Below, piece by piece: positions 20,907 to 32,951 of a stretch of 64,000 nt of DNA. This stretch comes from Chlamydiales bacterium (lineage in GTDB: Bacteria; Chlamydiota; Chlamydiia; Chlamydiales; JAAZZY01). Where the stretch lies: assembly GCA_965206695.1 (NCBI GenBank), contig CBDBKM010000005.1, positions 32,001-96,000 on the forward strand, given 5' to 3'. The notes under the pieces are model-generated. The model had not been told where the DNA came from and ran no database searches. It saw only the letters and a program-made list of their open reading frames with translations. Both the position numbers and the translations under genes were made by a program. The stretch's first letter is position 1, and every line of letters starts with the position of its first letter.

Positions 20907-22010
20907 ATGCCACAAATTAATGCTGTTGGACTTCTTCAAGAAGCGGCTCAGTTAATCGATCATATTGCCCCTCTATCTGCTATCATGAGGATACCGCTTT
21001 TAAGTAATGAAATTAGTGTCAAACTAACTTACGAGAAATATTACCCTGATCTCAGTATATTATTTACTAAGTGGGATCCCTCCTATTTATATCAAAATTT
21101 CTCGGCTGTTTTTTATCCGTTCCCCCTTAATCTTCCTTTAAAAAAATCCATTCAAAATGTCATCGCTACACCTTCTAAAAAAGAGACGAAACCTTTTAAG
21201 CTTATCTATCATCTTCATGGATGTTCCGATAAAGGATACTGCCAATCTTGGGATGGTAAAATAAATCATATCCTCGATGCCGATCTTATCTTGCTATATG
21301 GCCAAAGTATGGTCGATCTTTTCAAAAATAGAGGTATGTTATCCAAATTAAAACAATATGCCTTAGTCGGTAACTATCGTTATGCTTATTATCTGAAGCA
21401 TAAAAAATTCTATGATGAGCTTGTAGACTTTGAAATATTTAATCGTTTTGCAGAAAAGCAATACACTATTATTTACGCCCCTTCATGGAAAGATATTGAA
21501 AATTCTTCTTCCTTTGATGAGGCTTATCAATATGTACTTCATAATGTACCTAAACAGTATAATTTGCTTGTAAAACTCCACCCTTTAATGGCTCAGAAAA
21601 GAAAGGGTTATGATCCCAATCCTATCTTTGATATTTTAAAACAATATCTCTATAAACCTAATCTTGTCATTCTACCGGATTATCCTCTCGTCTACCCTCT
21701 TTTAGAAAAAGCCGATATCTATCTTGGAGACCTCTCCAGTATTGGTTACGACTTTTTGAATTTCAATAAACCCATGTTCTTTTTGAACCATAACCGATAT
21801 GATATTTCAAAAGACAAAAGTATTAACCTATATCAAACCGGTATAACGATAGAGCCTGAACAATTCTCTCAGCTCTATGAGGTTATCGATGAACATCTGG
21901 CTGATGATAAAGACCAATTCTCTAAAGTACGAGGTGAAATGGTGACCTATGCTTTTGGCAAACTGCAGTCTATATCAGAAATAAGAACACAAATTGAAAG
22001 CTTAATTTAA
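20907..22010 (+). CDS. TagF-like protein, paralog 3
   Basis: HGCSDKG, YAPSW, VKLHP, GDLSSIGYD. Confidence 0.85.
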   Translation: MPQINAVGLLQEAAQLIDHIAPLSAIMRIPLLSNEISVKLTYEKYYPDLSILFTKWDPSYLYQNFSAVFYPFPLNLPLKKSIQNVIATPSKKETKPFKLIYHLHGCSDKGYCQSWDGKINHILDADLILLYGQSMVDLFKNRGMLSKLKQYALVGNYRYAYYLKHKKFYDELVDFEIFNRFAEKQYTIIYAPSWKDIENSSSFDEAYQYVLHNVPKQYNLLVKLHPLMAQKRKGYDPNPIFDILKQYLYKPNLVILPDYPLVYPLLEKADIYLGDLSSIGYDFLNFNKPMFFLNHNRYDISKDKSINLYQTGITIEPEQFSQLYEVIDEHLADDKDQFSKVRGEMVTYAFGKLQSISEIRTQIESLI

Positions 22011-22012
22011 AC

Positions 22013-23131
22013 ATGCCTTTAACAGACGCTGTTAGCTTTAACTCTGTCCCCCTTCAGGGATTTGATCATCTGGCCAGTTTTTGTGCTTTTCTTAACATCC
22101 CGCTATTAACAGATAACCTTCATTCAAAGTTAATAGCAGAAAGATTGTATCCTGATCTTCATTGTCACCTTCAGGAACTTAATCTCTACGATCTTATCAC
22201 AGAATACGACACCTTTATCCATACTTTTGAATTTCAAAATACCTTTGATGATTTTTATAAAGAGGTGAAGAAATCAAACCCGGCATCATCTATTTTAAAT
22301 AAAAAGATCCGTCATATCCATATGCAACATGGTTGCTCTGATAAAGGTTACCTTTCGGAAGGAAGAGGTCACCTTCATATAACCCATGCGGATTTGGTTT
22401 TGTCTTCCGGGCAACGGATGATAGACCTGTATAAAGACATTGGCATCCTTCCTAAAATAAAATCCCTCATATGTACGGGAAACGTGCGCTATCAGTATTA
22501 TTTACAACATAAAGATTTCTACGATACCTTAATAAATGATGAAATACTCTTAAGCTTCAAAGAAAAAAAACCCATCATACTATATGCTCCCAGCTTCGAT
22601 GATGATGAAAACTCATCGTCGTTTAACATAATAGCACCTATTCTTTTAGAAAAGTTACCCGACACCTACAACCTTATCATTAAGCTTCATCCGTACCTAA
22701 CACAACCTCATAAAGGTTATCGCCCTGATAGATTAAAGGCACTTTTAAAAAGGTACGAAAAGCAATCTAATCTTGTTATTCTTCCTAACTATCCTCTTGT
22801 CTACCCTATATTAAATGCTACTGATATCTTTTTAGGAGATTTTTCTTCGGTTGGTTATGATTGTCTGGCATTTGATATTCCTATGTATTTTTTTAACCAT
22901 AATGATTTAAATATTAAAACTGATAAGAGTGCTTACCTCCATCGATGTGGACTAAGTCTTCTGCCAAAAGATTTTCCCCATCTCTATTCAATAATAGATA
23001 AAACGCTTCAAGACAATCTCCGAATATTTAAAAAAAAAAGACAAGAGACTTATTCGTATGCTTTTGCAAAAGATATCGACCTTAAAAAAAATCTTGATAA
23101 AGCCCTTATTGATCTAAATGCAGTTGACTAA
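22013..23131 (+). CDS. TagF-like protein, paralog 4
   Basis: HGCSDKG, YAPSF, IKLHP, GDFSSVGYD. Confidence 0.85.
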   Translation: MPLTDAVSFNSVPLQGFDHLASFCAFLNIPLLTDNLHSKLIAERLYPDLHCHLQELNLYDLITEYDTFIHTFEFQNTFDDFYKEVKKSNPASSILNKKIRHIHMQHGCSDKGYLSEGRGHLHITHADLVLSSGQRMIDLYKDIGILPKIKSLICTGNVRYQYYLQHKDFYDTLINDEILLSFKEKKPIILYAPSFDDDENSSSFNIIAPILLEKLPDTYNLIIKLHPYLTQPHKGYRPDRLKALLKRYEKQSNLVILPNYPLVYPILNATDIFLGDFSSVGYDCLAFDIPMYFFNHNDLNIKTDKSAYLHRCGLSLLPKDFPHLYSIIDKTLQDNLRIFKKKRQETYSYAFAKDIDLKKNLDKALIDLNAVD

Positions 23132-23618
23132 TGATTTCTTTTTGAAGAGCTTGAATTTCTTGAAAAGAGGTCTCCATCTTCTTGATACAAAGGATCTCAG
23201 AAGTTGTGGCATCCTCAAAAAAAAGGATCTCGCTATTTTTAGAGTCCATTAGCTCTCTTCTTAATACCAATTGTGAGCACCTTTCTAAATACCGGGCTAA
23301 AACATAAGCCATATGAAAAGTCTCACTCTTTTCATTGCTAAGCATTTCCTTTAGTAATACCAAAGCCTTTTCATCAGGTGTTTTAGTTTTTTCCTTTTTT
23401 GATTTTGGTTTAAACTTTCCTTTCCAAATACCCCAGGCTTTTTTTAGTTTTTTTTCCTTTTTAAGCCTATCAAAACATTCTGAACAAAAATCCTTTCTCT
23501 CAACATATTCTATCTTACCCTTAAGAATAGAGACAATTTCCATTCCATCAGTAAAAACCTCTTTATTTCCTGAACAAACGGGTGATCTACCCGGTATTTT
23601 TCCTTGAAAAGCGTGCAT
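23106..23618 (-). CDS. Hypothetical protein
   Basis: 170 aa ORF with RBS, last gene of the long minus-strand run; DFCSEC and LARYLER motifs. Confidence 0.7.
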   Translation of the reverse strand: MHAFQGKIPGRSPVCSGNKEVFTDGMEIVSILKGKIEYVERKDFCSECFDRLKKEKKLKKAWGIWKGKFKPKSKKEKTKTPDEKALVLLKEMLSNEKSETFHMAYVLARYLERCSQLVLRRELMDSKNSEILFFEDATTSEILCIKKMETSFQEIQALQKEIISQLHLDQ

Positions 23619-23627
23619 AATTTCCTC

Positions 23628-24353
23628 CTATGCCTTAGAGGCATACAGTATGAAAACTACCGGTTTTTTGTCGAGCAACACATCGTTCTTATCCCACTCA
23701 TTAATTTTTTTTGTCATCACAAATTGATCCGGCATGGTTAAATTGCAAGCAACAGAAAACAATGTATCCGGACTTAACGTCTCTATAGCCGCTTGATGCA
23801 TATGGGTATTTCTATAGGGAGCTTCAATAAAGATTTCTGAAGACTTAAATTGTTTAGATTTCTTTTCCAATTGTTTTAGAGCCTTTTCTCTTTCATTAGG
23901 ATACCTGGGCAAATATCCGTTAAAACTAAAACGCTGGCCGGGAAGTCCGGATAAAAGTAATGAGAGATAGATAGAAGAGGGGCCAACAAAGGCCGATACC
24001 TTTATATTTTTTTTATAGGCCTTTTGTACTAGTTGATCACCCGGATCAGCGATACATGGTAATCCGGCATCTGAGACAAACCCCCAGGTTTCTCCCGATT
24101 CCATTGGCTCTAATAAAAAATCGAGATCACTAAATGGGGTATGTTCATTTAATATCGCTAAAGTTATCTGATAAGGCGGTTTTTTAGTTTGAAATCGATT
24201 TAAATAAGAACGTCCTTTTTGGGGGCTTTCTGCTATTAACCCATCAATTTCTTTTAAAGCTTGATCAACACTTTGAGGTAAAAAATCTCTATGATCCTTA
24301 ACCTTTCCCAATAAATTAGGTAATAAAAATAGAGCTCCTTTTTCTTTACTCAT
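23628..24353 (-). CDS. Tetrapyrrole-methylase-family SAM methyltransferase (RsmI-like)
   Basis: VSDAGLPCIADPG, GPSS, FNGYLP, FIEAPYRN. Confidence 0.9.
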   Translation of the reverse strand: MSKEKGALFLLPNLLGKVKDHRDFLPQSVDQALKEIDGLIAESPQKGRSYLNRFQTKKPPYQITLAILNEHTPFSDLDFLLEPMESGETWGFVSDAGLPCIADPGDQLVQKAYKKNIKVSAFVGPSSIYLSLLLSGLPGQRFSFNGYLPRYPNEREKALKQLEKKSKQFKSSEIFIEAPYRNTHMHQAAIETLSPDTLFSVACNLTMPDQFVMTKKINEWDKNDVLLDKKPVVFILYASKA

Positions 24354-25369
24354 GAAACTATTCCTATTTTAGCGATCTGAATGCAGAGAAGCTCTGATAC
24401 AGCTCTTGGATTGCTCATGATTTCTCTGGATTGCACTTCTATTTCATGAATACGCATAAGCGCTTGTTTCAAATTAGCATGACTATAGATCTCTGCTAAC
24501 TGCAAATTTTTTATAAAAAATTTTCCTCTCTGCTTAGGAAGACTCTGCTCAATTTCTTGATAACTCTTGCCTTCTTCTTTTAAGGAAAGCAATTGATAGC
24601 TATTTTGAAATTGATGCCTTAAGGTGGCAACAAAAACGGGTAAGACTAATCCTTGATTGAAAAGATAATCCACTACTTTTAAAGCTTTTGCCAATGCACC
24701 TTCGAGCAAATAATTGCCTACTTTCCAAACCGTGTCATGTAATGCTATTGAAGATAATACTTTCACATCTTCGATCGTAATATCAATACGCGCATTTACA
24801 TAACAAATTAATTTTTCTATTTCTCCGGATATAAGCCCTTGAGTAGGCCCTATTCGTTTGACTAATTGCATAGCTGTAGCATAAGTCATATTTTTTTTTG
24901 CAGATCGAACAGATTGTTCAATCCATTTAGCTAAACGCTCTTCTTTTTCCCATGGCTTTTCTTGTAATAAGTCTAAGATAACCCCGGCTTTTTCAGCTTT
25001 TTTAAAAAAAAGATGCTGATCTCTTTCCCGACAAGTCAAGATCAAGCGAATACCCGGGTTTGGATGGTCTAAAAAGCGAGCTAGGGCATCCAAAATAGGT
25101 TTCTTCAATTTATGAATTTGATGAATAATAACGATTTCTTTGTCAGTAAATAAAGACATCCCAAATAAATAAGTTTCTAAAGTGGCAAGAGAAACATCCT
25201 CACCTAACAAAACCTTCGGCTGACCTAAATCAGATAGAGTTACAATGTGCTTTACCAACAATCGGCAAGTGAAGTCTTCTTTATCACAAATAAGATAAAG
25301 ATCCATAAGATGCTGTTTAGAGGACTCTCTTAGATGACTTTCAAAGGATTTGATATTTGTATATTTCAT
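24350..25369 (-). CDS. holA: DNA polymerase III delta subunit
   Basis: SLF..KEIVII and EIEKLICY patterns, length 339 aa. Confidence 0.82.
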   Translation of the reverse strand: MKYTNIKSFESHLRESSKQHLMDLYLICDKEDFTCRLLVKHIVTLSDLGQPKVLLGEDVSLATLETYLFGMSLFTDKEIVIIHQIHKLKKPILDALARFLDHPNPGIRLILTCRERDQHLFFKKAEKAGVILDLLQEKPWEKEERLAKWIEQSVRSAKKNMTYATAMQLVKRIGPTQGLISGEIEKLICYVNARIDITIEDVKVLSSIALHDTVWKVGNYLLEGALAKALKVVDYLFNQGLVLPVFVATLRHQFQNSYQLLSLKEEGKSYQEIEQSLPKQRGKFFIKNLQLAEIYSHANLKQALMRIHEIEVQSREIMSNPRAVSELLCIQIAKIGIVS

Positions 25370-25379
25370 TAATTATCTC

Positions 25380-26264
25380 TTAGTAATATCTATGAACAAT
25401 TTTTTGAGCTATCATTTCAAGATTGTCTGTATTAAAAGGAAGTGGTGATAGATCTTCTAAAGCACTTTCCAAGAGATTTTCTGCCGTTATTTTAGCCTCT
25501 TTAACACTCATTAGATTAACAAATGTTATTTTATCATTCATTTGATCAGAACAAATCGACTTACCCAGCACTTCTTTTTTAGAAGTGGCGTCTAAAATAT
25601 CATCTACTATTTGAAAAGCAAGACCTATCTTACTACCAAAGCTCTCTAAGATTTTTTCTTCTTTTTTGGAAGCATTAGCAATGATAGCACCAAATAAAAG
25701 GCTGGCAATAAACATAGCGCCCGTCTTATATGCATGAATGGTTCTCAATGTCTTCATATCGATTTTTTCTTTCATAGCTAAGAGATCAAGAGATTGCCCT
25801 AATACCATGCCATCGCCTCCGGAAAGAGATGCTAAGACTTCTATTAATCGAACTTTTTGATCATTAGAAATACCGGAAGATTTAGCTATCACTAAAAATG
25901 CATGAGTTAAAAGATAATCTCCTGCTAATACAGCTTGACCTTCGGAAAAAGCTTTATGCACCGAAGGTCTACCACGACGCCAATCATCATCATCCATACA
26001 TGGAAGATCATCATGAATCAAGGAATAAGTATGAATCATTTCAAGAGCACAGGCAGAGTCTATTGCATTAAATACCTCTTTACCTAACATTTGAGCCGTT
26101 ACAAGACAGATTAGCGGTCGTAATCTTTTGCCTTTTGCTAAAAGAGCATAACGCACAACTTGATACAAAAGATTTTCCTTGTCCAAGGAAACCGGTATCA
26201 AAGCTTTTAGTCGCCCTTCAATAAGGCTCATTTGTTCTTTAAGGTCATTAAATAGTGTCTGCAT
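25380..26264 (-). CDS. ispA: Polyprenyl (farnesyl/geranyl) diphosphate synthase
   Basis: GKRLRP, SLIHDDLPCMDDDD.RRG, FQIVDDILD. Confidence 0.93.
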   Translation of the reverse strand: MQTLFNDLKEQMSLIEGRLKALIPVSLDKENLLYQVVRYALLAKGKRLRPLICLVTAQMLGKEVFNAIDSACALEMIHTYSLIHDDLPCMDDDDWRRGRPSVHKAFSEGQAVLAGDYLLTHAFLVIAKSSGISNDQKVRLIEVLASLSGGDGMVLGQSLDLLAMKEKIDMKTLRTIHAYKTGAMFIASLLFGAIIANASKKEEKILESFGSKIGLAFQIVDDILDATSKKEVLGKSICSDQMNDKITFVNLMSVKEAKITAENLLESALEDLSPLPFNTDNLEMIAQKIVHRYY

Positions 26265-27600
26265 AAGCTCTAGGTCTACCAATACAAATATAATCAAAAC
26301 CAATCATTGCCATCTCTTTAGGAGAATACTGATTTCTTCCATCAAAAAAAGCACGGCCTTGCATATTTTTTAGAATCGATTCAAAATCAATAACTCGAAA
26401 TTGTTTCCATTCGGTTAAAAGAATGATAGCCTGAGCACCTTTTGCCGCCTCAATTTCACTCTTACACCATGAAATTAATGACTTATGATGTTTTAAAAGT
26501 GCTTTGGCATTTTCCATTGCGATTGGATCATAAACCTGAAATTTAGCTCCTAAGCAAATAAGATCCTCAATTAAAATAAGAGAAGGCGCTTGTCTCATAT
26601 CATCCGTATCCGGTTTAAAAGACAGACCCCATAGAGCAAACACTTTATTCTCTATACTCTCTTTTGAAAAGTAGTATTCCAAAATCTTTTTTCCCAATAC
26701 ATGCTTCTGTCTTTTATTCACATCTTCAATGGCATTAAGCATCATAGTCGGATAATTCAGATTCCTGGCTGTTCCTCTTAAGGCTGTAATATCTTTTGGA
26801 AAACACGACCCTCCATAACCAACTCCCGGATAAAGAAATTGATATCCGATCCTTTTATCTGCACCAACTGCCCGTCTAACTTGAGTCACATCTGCGTCCA
26901 ATAATTCACACAACCCTGCAATTTCGTTCATAAAGGAAATACGAGAAGCCAGCATGGCATTAGCAGCGTACTTTGTCATTTCAGCCGAGACCACATCCAT
27001 CACTAATATGCGTTCATTACTCAAATTAAAGGGAGCATATAACTCTTTCAAAAGCGCTGCAACACGCACATCATCCACTCCGATAACAATACGATCCGGC
27101 TTCATAAAATCTTGAATAGCGTTTCCTTCTTTCAAAAATTCCGGGTTAGAAGCCACATCAAATTCCACCGACACCTTACGTTCGAAAAGGACTTGTGAAA
27201 TAATCGCCTTAACTTGTTTACCGGTACCAACAGGAACTGTGGATTTGTTAACGATAAAATGATACTCATTCATGTGTTCAGCAATAGAAGCCACTGCCGC
27301 TCGAACATATTTTAAATCGGCTATATCTTCCTCTGACGGAGGCGTTGAAACAGCAATAAAACAAGCAACGGAGTTGGAAACACCCTCTGCATAACTCGTT
27401 GTGAAATGAAGACGTTTGTTTTCAACATTACGTTTTACAAGCTCTTCTAATCCCGGTTCATAAATGGGAATCTTTCCCTTCTTGAGCTTATTAATTTTAT
27501 CTTTGTCAATATCAAGACAAATAACGCGATGGCCCATCTCTGCAAAACAGGTACCGGTAACAAGGCCGACATAACCTGTTCCTACAATTAATATGTTCAT
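26248..27600 (-). CDS. ugd: UDP-glucose 6-dehydrogenase family
   Basis: GTGYVG, KSTVPVGT, NPEFLKEG, GGSCFPKD. Confidence 0.93.
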   Translation of the reverse strand: MNILIVGTGYVGLVTGTCFAEMGHRVICLDIDKDKINKLKKGKIPIYEPGLEELVKRNVENKRLHFTTSYAEGVSNSVACFIAVSTPPSEEDIADLKYVRAAVASIAEHMNEYHFIVNKSTVPVGTGKQVKAIISQVLFERKVSVEFDVASNPEFLKEGNAIQDFMKPDRIVIGVDDVRVAALLKELYAPFNLSNERILVMDVVSAEMTKYAANAMLASRISFMNEIAGLCELLDADVTQVRRAVGADKRIGYQFLYPGVGYGGSCFPKDITALRGTARNLNYPTMMLNAIEDVNKRQKHVLGKKILEYYFSKESIENKVFALWGLSFKPDTDDMRQAPSLILIEDLICLGAKFQVYDPIAMENAKALLKHHKSLISWCKSEIEAAKGAQAIILLTEWKQFRVIDFESILKNMQGRAFFDGRNQYSPKEMAMIGFDYICIGRPRAYADTI

Positions 27601-27604
27601 CGCA

Positions 27605-28633
27605 TTAGTTCTCCCAATCTAAAATCACTTTTCCGGATTCACCTGACATCATAGTATGAAATCCTTTTTCAAATTCTTCCGCAGGAAAACGATGCGTAAT
27701 CACCGGTGTGACATCCAGACCGCTTTGTAACATACTAACCATCTTATACCAGGTTTCAAAAATTTCTCTACCATATATCCCTTTTAAGAAAAGTCCTTTA
27801 AAAATGACATGATGCCAGTTAATCGAAACATCTGTGGTAGGAATACCTAATAAAGCAATTTTAGCTCCATGCATAGAAACTTCAAAAATAGATTGTAACG
27901 CTTCAGGGCTACCTGACATTTCCATGATCACATCGAATCCGACAACCATCTTTTGTTGTTTAACAATGAAAGGCAGAGACGTTTGCTTAATATTAATAGC
28001 CGCTGTGGCGCCCATTTTTTCGGCCAAATCTAATCGATAATCATTAATATCTGTTACAATAACTCGGCGAGCTCCTACATGTTTAGCTATAGCGGCGGCC
28101 ATAAGTCCTATCGGTCCGGACCCTGTAATCAATACATCTTCACCTACTAAGTCAAAAGATAGGGCCGTATGTACAGCATTTCCTAAAGGATCAAGAAAAG
28201 CACCAACCTCATCAGATATTTCATCCGGAAGAGGAAACGTATTTTCGGCAGGTATTGCAACATACTTTGCAAAACCGCCGTTACAGAGTATACCAACCCC
28301 AATAGTGTGCACACAAAGATGCCTGGTACCACCACGACAATTTCGACAATATCCACAGGTAATATGACCTTCAACCGAAACTCTTTGCCCTACTTTGAAT
28401 CCTTTGACTTGAGATCCCGCTTCAGCAATTTCACCCATAAATTCATGTCCGATAGTCACCGGAACTTTAACAGCTTTCTGAGACCATTCATCCCACTTGT
28501 AGATATGTACATCCGTTCCACAAATAGAAGCCTTTTTTACTTTGATCAGAACTTCGTTAGGTTTATGTTTAGGTATTGGAACATCTTCCATCCATAAACC
28601 TTCTTCTGCTCTTCTTTTGACTATTGCCTTCAT
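27605..28633 (-). CDS. tdh: L-threonine 3-dehydrogenase
   Basis: [25 protein letters not shown]; adjacent to kbl. Confidence 0.96.
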   Translation of the reverse strand: MKAIVKRRAEEGLWMEDVPIPKHKPNEVLIKVKKASICGTDVHIYKWDEWSQKAVKVPVTIGHEFMGEIAEAGSQVKGFKVGQRVSVEGHITCGYCRNCRGGTRHLCVHTIGVGILCNGGFAKYVAIPAENTFPLPDEISDEVGAFLDPLGNAVHTALSFDLVGEDVLITGSGPIGLMAAAIAKHVGARRVIVTDINDYRLDLAEKMGATAAINIKQTSLPFIVKQQKMVVGFDVIMEMSGSPEALQSIFEVSMHGAKIALLGIPTTDVSINWHHVIFKGLFLKGIYGREIFETWYKMVSMLQSGLDVTPVITHRFPAEEFEKGFHTMMSGESGKVILDWEN

Positions 28634-28679
28634 AAATATTAAACCATTCACTTTGTAAATAAATTATAAATCCGGTTGC

Positions 28680-29870
28680 TTATTTGATTACCTCCATCTC
28701 ACGACCTACTATTGAAAATGCTTCTACAGCTTTATCTATATCCTCTTTGCTATGAGCGGCTGATATTTGAGTTCTGATACGCGCTTGATCTTTTGGCACA
28801 ACAGGATAGGAAAAACTAATGACATAGATTCCGTGTTTTAATAAACGATCCGCCATTTCGCCCGCAACTTTCGCATCCCCTAACATAACCGGAATAATAG
28901 GGTGGTCACCGGAGACCAGGGTAAAACCTAAATCTGTCATTTTTTTTCTAAAATAGGCACTATTTTCTTTTAACTTCTCTCTTAATTCGGAAGATTGCTC
29001 TAAAAGATCCAAAACGCTTAATGAAGCTTTCGCTATACTTGGTGATAAGGTATTAGAAAAAAGATAAGGCCTTGAACGTTGTCTAAGCCAATCGATTATT
29101 TCTTTTCTACCGGAAGTATAACCACCGGAAGCTCCACCCATAGCTTTACCTAAGGTTCCCGTAATGATATCAATCCGACCTAAAACCCCACAATATTCAT
29201 GTGTTCCCTTGCCATTTTCTCCCATAAAGCCAACAGCATGTGAATCATCGATAGCAACCAATGCATGATACTTATCTGCCAAATCACAAACTGCATGCAA
29301 ATCTGCTAAGATGCCGTCCATAGAAAAGACACCATCCGTTATAATTAGCTTATAATGGCAACCTTCTGCTTCTTTTAACTGCTCTTCCAAGTTTTGCATG
29401 TTATTATTTTTATAACGAAAACGCTTGGCTTTACATAAGCGAACACCATCGATAATACTTGCATGATTTAATTCATCACTTATGACAGCATCATCCGGGC
29501 CTAAAATCGTTTCAAAAAGCCCGCCATTTGCATCGAAACATGAAGAATATAAAATTGTATCTTCTGTACCCAGAAAATGGGTTAAGCGAGCTTCCAGTTC
29601 TTTATGAACTTTCGTTGTACCACAAATAAAACGAACGGAGGAGAGACCAAAACCATATTCATCTAATCCTTTTTTTGCCGCTTCAATAATCGCAGGATGG
29701 TTTCCTAAGCCTAAATAATTATTAGCGCAAAAATTTAATACGTGACTGCCGTCTTGAAGAGAGATATCAGCGCCTTGTGGAGAAGTGATAATGCGCTCAT
29801 CTTTAAACAATCCGGAATTTTTTAACTCGCTGATTTTATTGATTAGTTCGCTCAAAAAACCCTTATCCAT
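28680..29870 (-). CDS. kbl: Glycine C-acetyltransferase (2-amino-3-ketobutyrate CoA ligase)
   Basis: [39 protein letters not shown]. Confidence 0.96.
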   Translation of the reverse strand: MDKGFLSELINKISELKNSGLFKDERIITSPQGADISLQDGSHVLNFCANNYLGLGNHPAIIEAAKKGLDEYGFGLSSVRFICGTTKVHKELEARLTHFLGTEDTILYSSCFDANGGLFETILGPDDAVISDELNHASIIDGVRLCKAKRFRYKNNNMQNLEEQLKEAEGCHYKLIITDGVFSMDGILADLHAVCDLADKYHALVAIDDSHAVGFMGENGKGTHEYCGVLGRIDIITGTLGKAMGGASGGYTSGRKEIIDWLRQRSRPYLFSNTLSPSIAKASLSVLDLLEQSSELREKLKENSAYFRKKMTDLGFTLVSGDHPIIPVMLGDAKVAGEMADRLLKHGIYVISFSYPVVPKDQARIRTQISAAHSKEDIDKAVEAFSIVGREMEVIK

Positions 29871-29885
29871 AATTCCTCCAATTTT

Positions 29886-30722
29886 TTACCTTAATTTACC
29901 TACCCAACCTAACTTAGTTCGTAAAGTTGAGAAATAATCGTGTCGATGTAAACTAACTATTCTAAAATTCTGCTCATGACGTCGTATTGTAAATACATCC
30001 CCGGTATTCATTGAAAAATGTGAAATACCGTCCGTTACAATTTTCACCGGTTCGTAAGGACTCAGATATTGAATCTGAATCTCTTGATCGGGCGATAAAA
30101 CTATAGGCCTATTAGAAATAGTATGTGGACAAATAGGAGTAAGAACAAACGCTTGAAGTTTCGGAATTAGGATTGGACCTCCTGAAGCAAGAGAATAGGC
30201 CGTCGATCCATTTGGAGTTGCCATAATAATACCGTCAGCTTCAAAAGTATTAACACGCACACCATTGACGCGAATCGCTAATTCTACCAAGCCGGGATTT
30301 TGAGAACGGTGAATCACCAGATCATTAATGGCAAAGCACTTTTCATCATTAATACAACCCTGCATCATGATACGTTCTTCAATCTTGTATTTCCTTTCCA
30401 AAAGGTCTTGTAAGCTAGGATAAATATCCGCTACCGGAATGTCCGCCATAAAACCTAAATGACCTAAATTAATACCGATTATGGGAATATCTAAAGCAAT
30501 ATATTTATGTTTTAATCTTAAAATCGTGCCGTCTCCACCCATAGAAATCATAAAATCGATGGTTTTGGGATCAATGCTTGATAGCGGAGCCACGTTGAAT
30601 AGTTCAGCATTTTCATCACTAACAACAACTGTTACATTTCGTTTATTTAAAAACTCAATAATACCAAATGCTAAGCGCTTGGTTGTTTCTTTATTAATTC
30701 TTGGGAAAAGTGCAATTTTCAT
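29886..30722 (-). CDS. nadK: NAD kinase
   Basis: [26 protein letters not shown]. Confidence 0.96.
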   Translation of the reverse strand: MKIALFPRINKETTKRLAFGIIEFLNKRNVTVVVSDENAELFNVAPLSSIDPKTIDFMISMGGDGTILRLKHKYIALDIPIIGINLGHLGFMADIPVADIYPSLQDLLERKYKIEERIMMQGCINDEKCFAINDLVIHRSQNPGLVELAIRVNGVRVNTFEADGIIMATPNGSTAYSLASGGPILIPKLQAFVLTPICPHTISNRPIVLSPDQEIQIQYLSPYEPVKIVTDGISHFSMNTGDVFTIRRHEQNFRIVSLHRHDYFSTLRTKLGWVGKLR

Positions 30723-32629
30723 AATAAAGCTCTTGCTACATAAAGTTTATTAAAAGAAAAATGATGAACAATTCGCTGAGTGATTTGATCCGCATTTAAT
30801 CCTAGTTCTTTCCATAATTCCCTATACCCGCCTTGTTCTACGAACACATCAGGAACTCCAAAATTTAAAACACGTATGTGACCTAAACTTTTTTGCATCA
30901 GAAAATGGTTAAATATAGCACCCAAACCACCTCTGAGAGAATGTTCTTCAATCGTAATAATACAAGTATGTGTCTTTAAAAGTTGGACAAATAAATTATC
31001 ATCTAAAGGTTTGATAAAAACAGGATCTATTACAGTCGCGTACATACCAAATTTTTCCAGCTTTTCTCTTACCTCTAAAGCAACCCGGCACATATGCCCC
31101 AATCCGATAATAAGTACATCTTGTCCCTCCGTCAATATCTCTGCTGTTCCAAGCTCTCTGTTTAGAAGAGGTTGATCATATTCTTCTGTAGGCCTATTTG
31201 GGTAGCGAATAGCGGTAGGTTGATTCCAGGAAAAAGCTGAGTTTAATAACTCTTTTAGTACATGGCCATCTCGAGGTTGAGTAATAACCATATTCGGCAT
31301 GACATTCAAAAAAGCAATGTCATAGATACCATTATGTGTTGATCCGTCAGGACCGGCAAGACCGGCACGATCTATGCAAAAAAGAACAGGGAGATCTTGC
31401 AGACATACATCATGAAAAAGGTTATCAAAAGCTCTTTGTAAAAATGTAGCATAAATTGAAACGACTACTTTTACTTTTCCGCCAAAAGCCATTCCGCCAC
31501 AAAAAGTCACAGAATGAGCTTCAGCAATTCCTACATCCAAACAACGACCGGGATATTTCTCCATAAAAGCGTCTAAACAAGAGCCGTATGACATAGCAGG
31601 AGTTACGGCAATAACATTCGGATCATTATCGGCCATCTTTAAAAGGTGGCGTCCGAAAATCTTTGGAAAGGTTGGCCTGGTTGACGTTGCGGGTAAAAAT
31701 TTACCTGAATCTTTATTAAAAGGTTTTGCTCCATGATGCGTAATAGGGTTGAGCATCGCTTCAGGCATTCCCTTACCTTTAGTCGTCAATACATGTAAAA
31801 TAACAGGCTTATTATTATCTTTCAAAGCCTCTAAGACTTGAATCATCTTTTTGATATCATGCCCGTCAATAGGACCTATATAAGTCACACCGTATTGTTC
31901 AAAAAATGCTGCAGGACTTACTAGATTCTTAATGGATTCTGTGACTTTTTGCCCATGTTTTGCTAATTGAGGGCCATAACAAGGGACCCTGGAAATAACA
32001 TTTTCAAACTCTTGATACAATTTGTTAGCTGTTGGATTATTCAAAAAACGGCTGAGTATATTGGTAATAGCCCCTACATTTTTAGAAATAGACATCGCAT
32101 TATCATTTAAAATGATAGTAAAACGCTTTAGATTCTTTGGAATGTTATTGAGAGCCTCCAGGACCATGCCACATGTAAAGGCAGCATCACCGATAATAGG
32201 TAAAATATGTTCTGTGTCATTTTGCAAGTCGCGATTTTTTGCCATCCCTAATGCTAAAGATAACGCCGTACCCGCATGACCGGCATAAAAATGATCATGA
32301 TTTGACTCGTTAGGATTGGCAAAGCCACATAACCCTTTATACTTCCGAATTTGATTAAAACGGTTATTTCTACCGGTTAAAATTTTGTGGGTATATGTTT
32401 GATGACTGACATCAAAAAGAAATCGGTCAAGCGGTGAATGGAATACCTTGTGTAGAGAAACGGTTAATTCTACCACTCCTAAATTTGAAGCCAAATGGCC
32501 CCCATTAACTGAAAGAACTTCGATAATACGATTTCGAATTTCACCGGCTAAATCAATAAGGCTAGCAACTGAAAAATTTTTTATGTCCTGTGGACTTTTT
32601 ATTTTAGATAGCAAGTAAGTTGTTTTCAT
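30719..32629 (-). CDS. dxs: 1-deoxy-D-xylulose-5-phosphate synthase
   Basis: [35 protein letters not shown]. Confidence 0.97.
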   Translation of the reverse strand: MKTTYLLSKIKSPQDIKNFSVASLIDLAGEIRNRIIEVLSVNGGHLASNLGVVELTVSLHKVFHSPLDRFLFDVSHQTYTHKILTGRNNRFNQIRKYKGLCGFANPNESNHDHFYAGHAGTALSLALGMAKNRDLQNDTEHILPIIGDAAFTCGMVLEALNNIPKNLKRFTIILNDNAMSISKNVGAITNILSRFLNNPTANKLYQEFENVISRVPCYGPQLAKHGQKVTESIKNLVSPAAFFEQYGVTYIGPIDGHDIKKMIQVLEALKDNNKPVILHVLTTKGKGMPEAMLNPITHHGAKPFNKDSGKFLPATSTRPTFPKIFGRHLLKMADNDPNVIAVTPAMSYGSCLDAFMEKYPGRCLDVGIAEAHSVTFCGGMAFGGKVKVVVSIYATFLQRAFDNLFHDVCLQDLPVLFCIDRAGLAGPDGSTHNGIYDIAFLNVMPNMVITQPRDGHVLKELLNSAFSWNQPTAIRYPNRPTEEYDQPLLNRELGTAEILTEGQDVLIIGLGHMCRVALEVREKLEKFGMYATVIDPVFIKPLDDNLFVQLLKTHTCIITIEEHSLRGGLGAIFNHFLMQKSLGHIRVLNFGVPDVFVEQGGYRELWKELGLNADQITQRIVHHFSFNKLYVARALL

Positions 32630-32633
32630 GAAC

Positions 32634-32933
32634 TTAAGCCTCTGAATCGGACGAATGAGAGTTTTTTGGCGGCTGATCAGGGTTAAAATCTTGGGTTACA
32701 GGTTTTCCGGCTTCATCCAAAGCGAGTTCTTTATTGCGATTTTTTATTAACATTTCAATCCTTTTTTCGGCATTTAAAAGTCTATGATTACAACTCAAAA
32801 TTAAAGCATCGGCTTCTTCATATAATTTCAAAGAATCATCCAGCCCTAATTCTCCTGAATTAATTAGTTCCAATATTTCTTCAAGTCTAGAAAAGATTTT
32901 CTCAAAGCTTTGTTTATCATTTTCTTTATTCAA
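32634..32933 (-). CDS. xseB: Exodeoxyribonuclease VII small subunit
   Basis: SFE...RLEEI...[10 protein letters not shown]. Confidence 0.93.
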   Translation of the reverse strand: MNKENDKQSFEKIFSRLEEILELINSGELGLDDSLKLYEEADALILSCNHRLLNAEKRIEMLIKNRNKELALDEAGKPVTQDFNPDQPPKNSHSSDSEA

Positions 32934-32951
32934 GCCTTATTCCTTGTTTAC

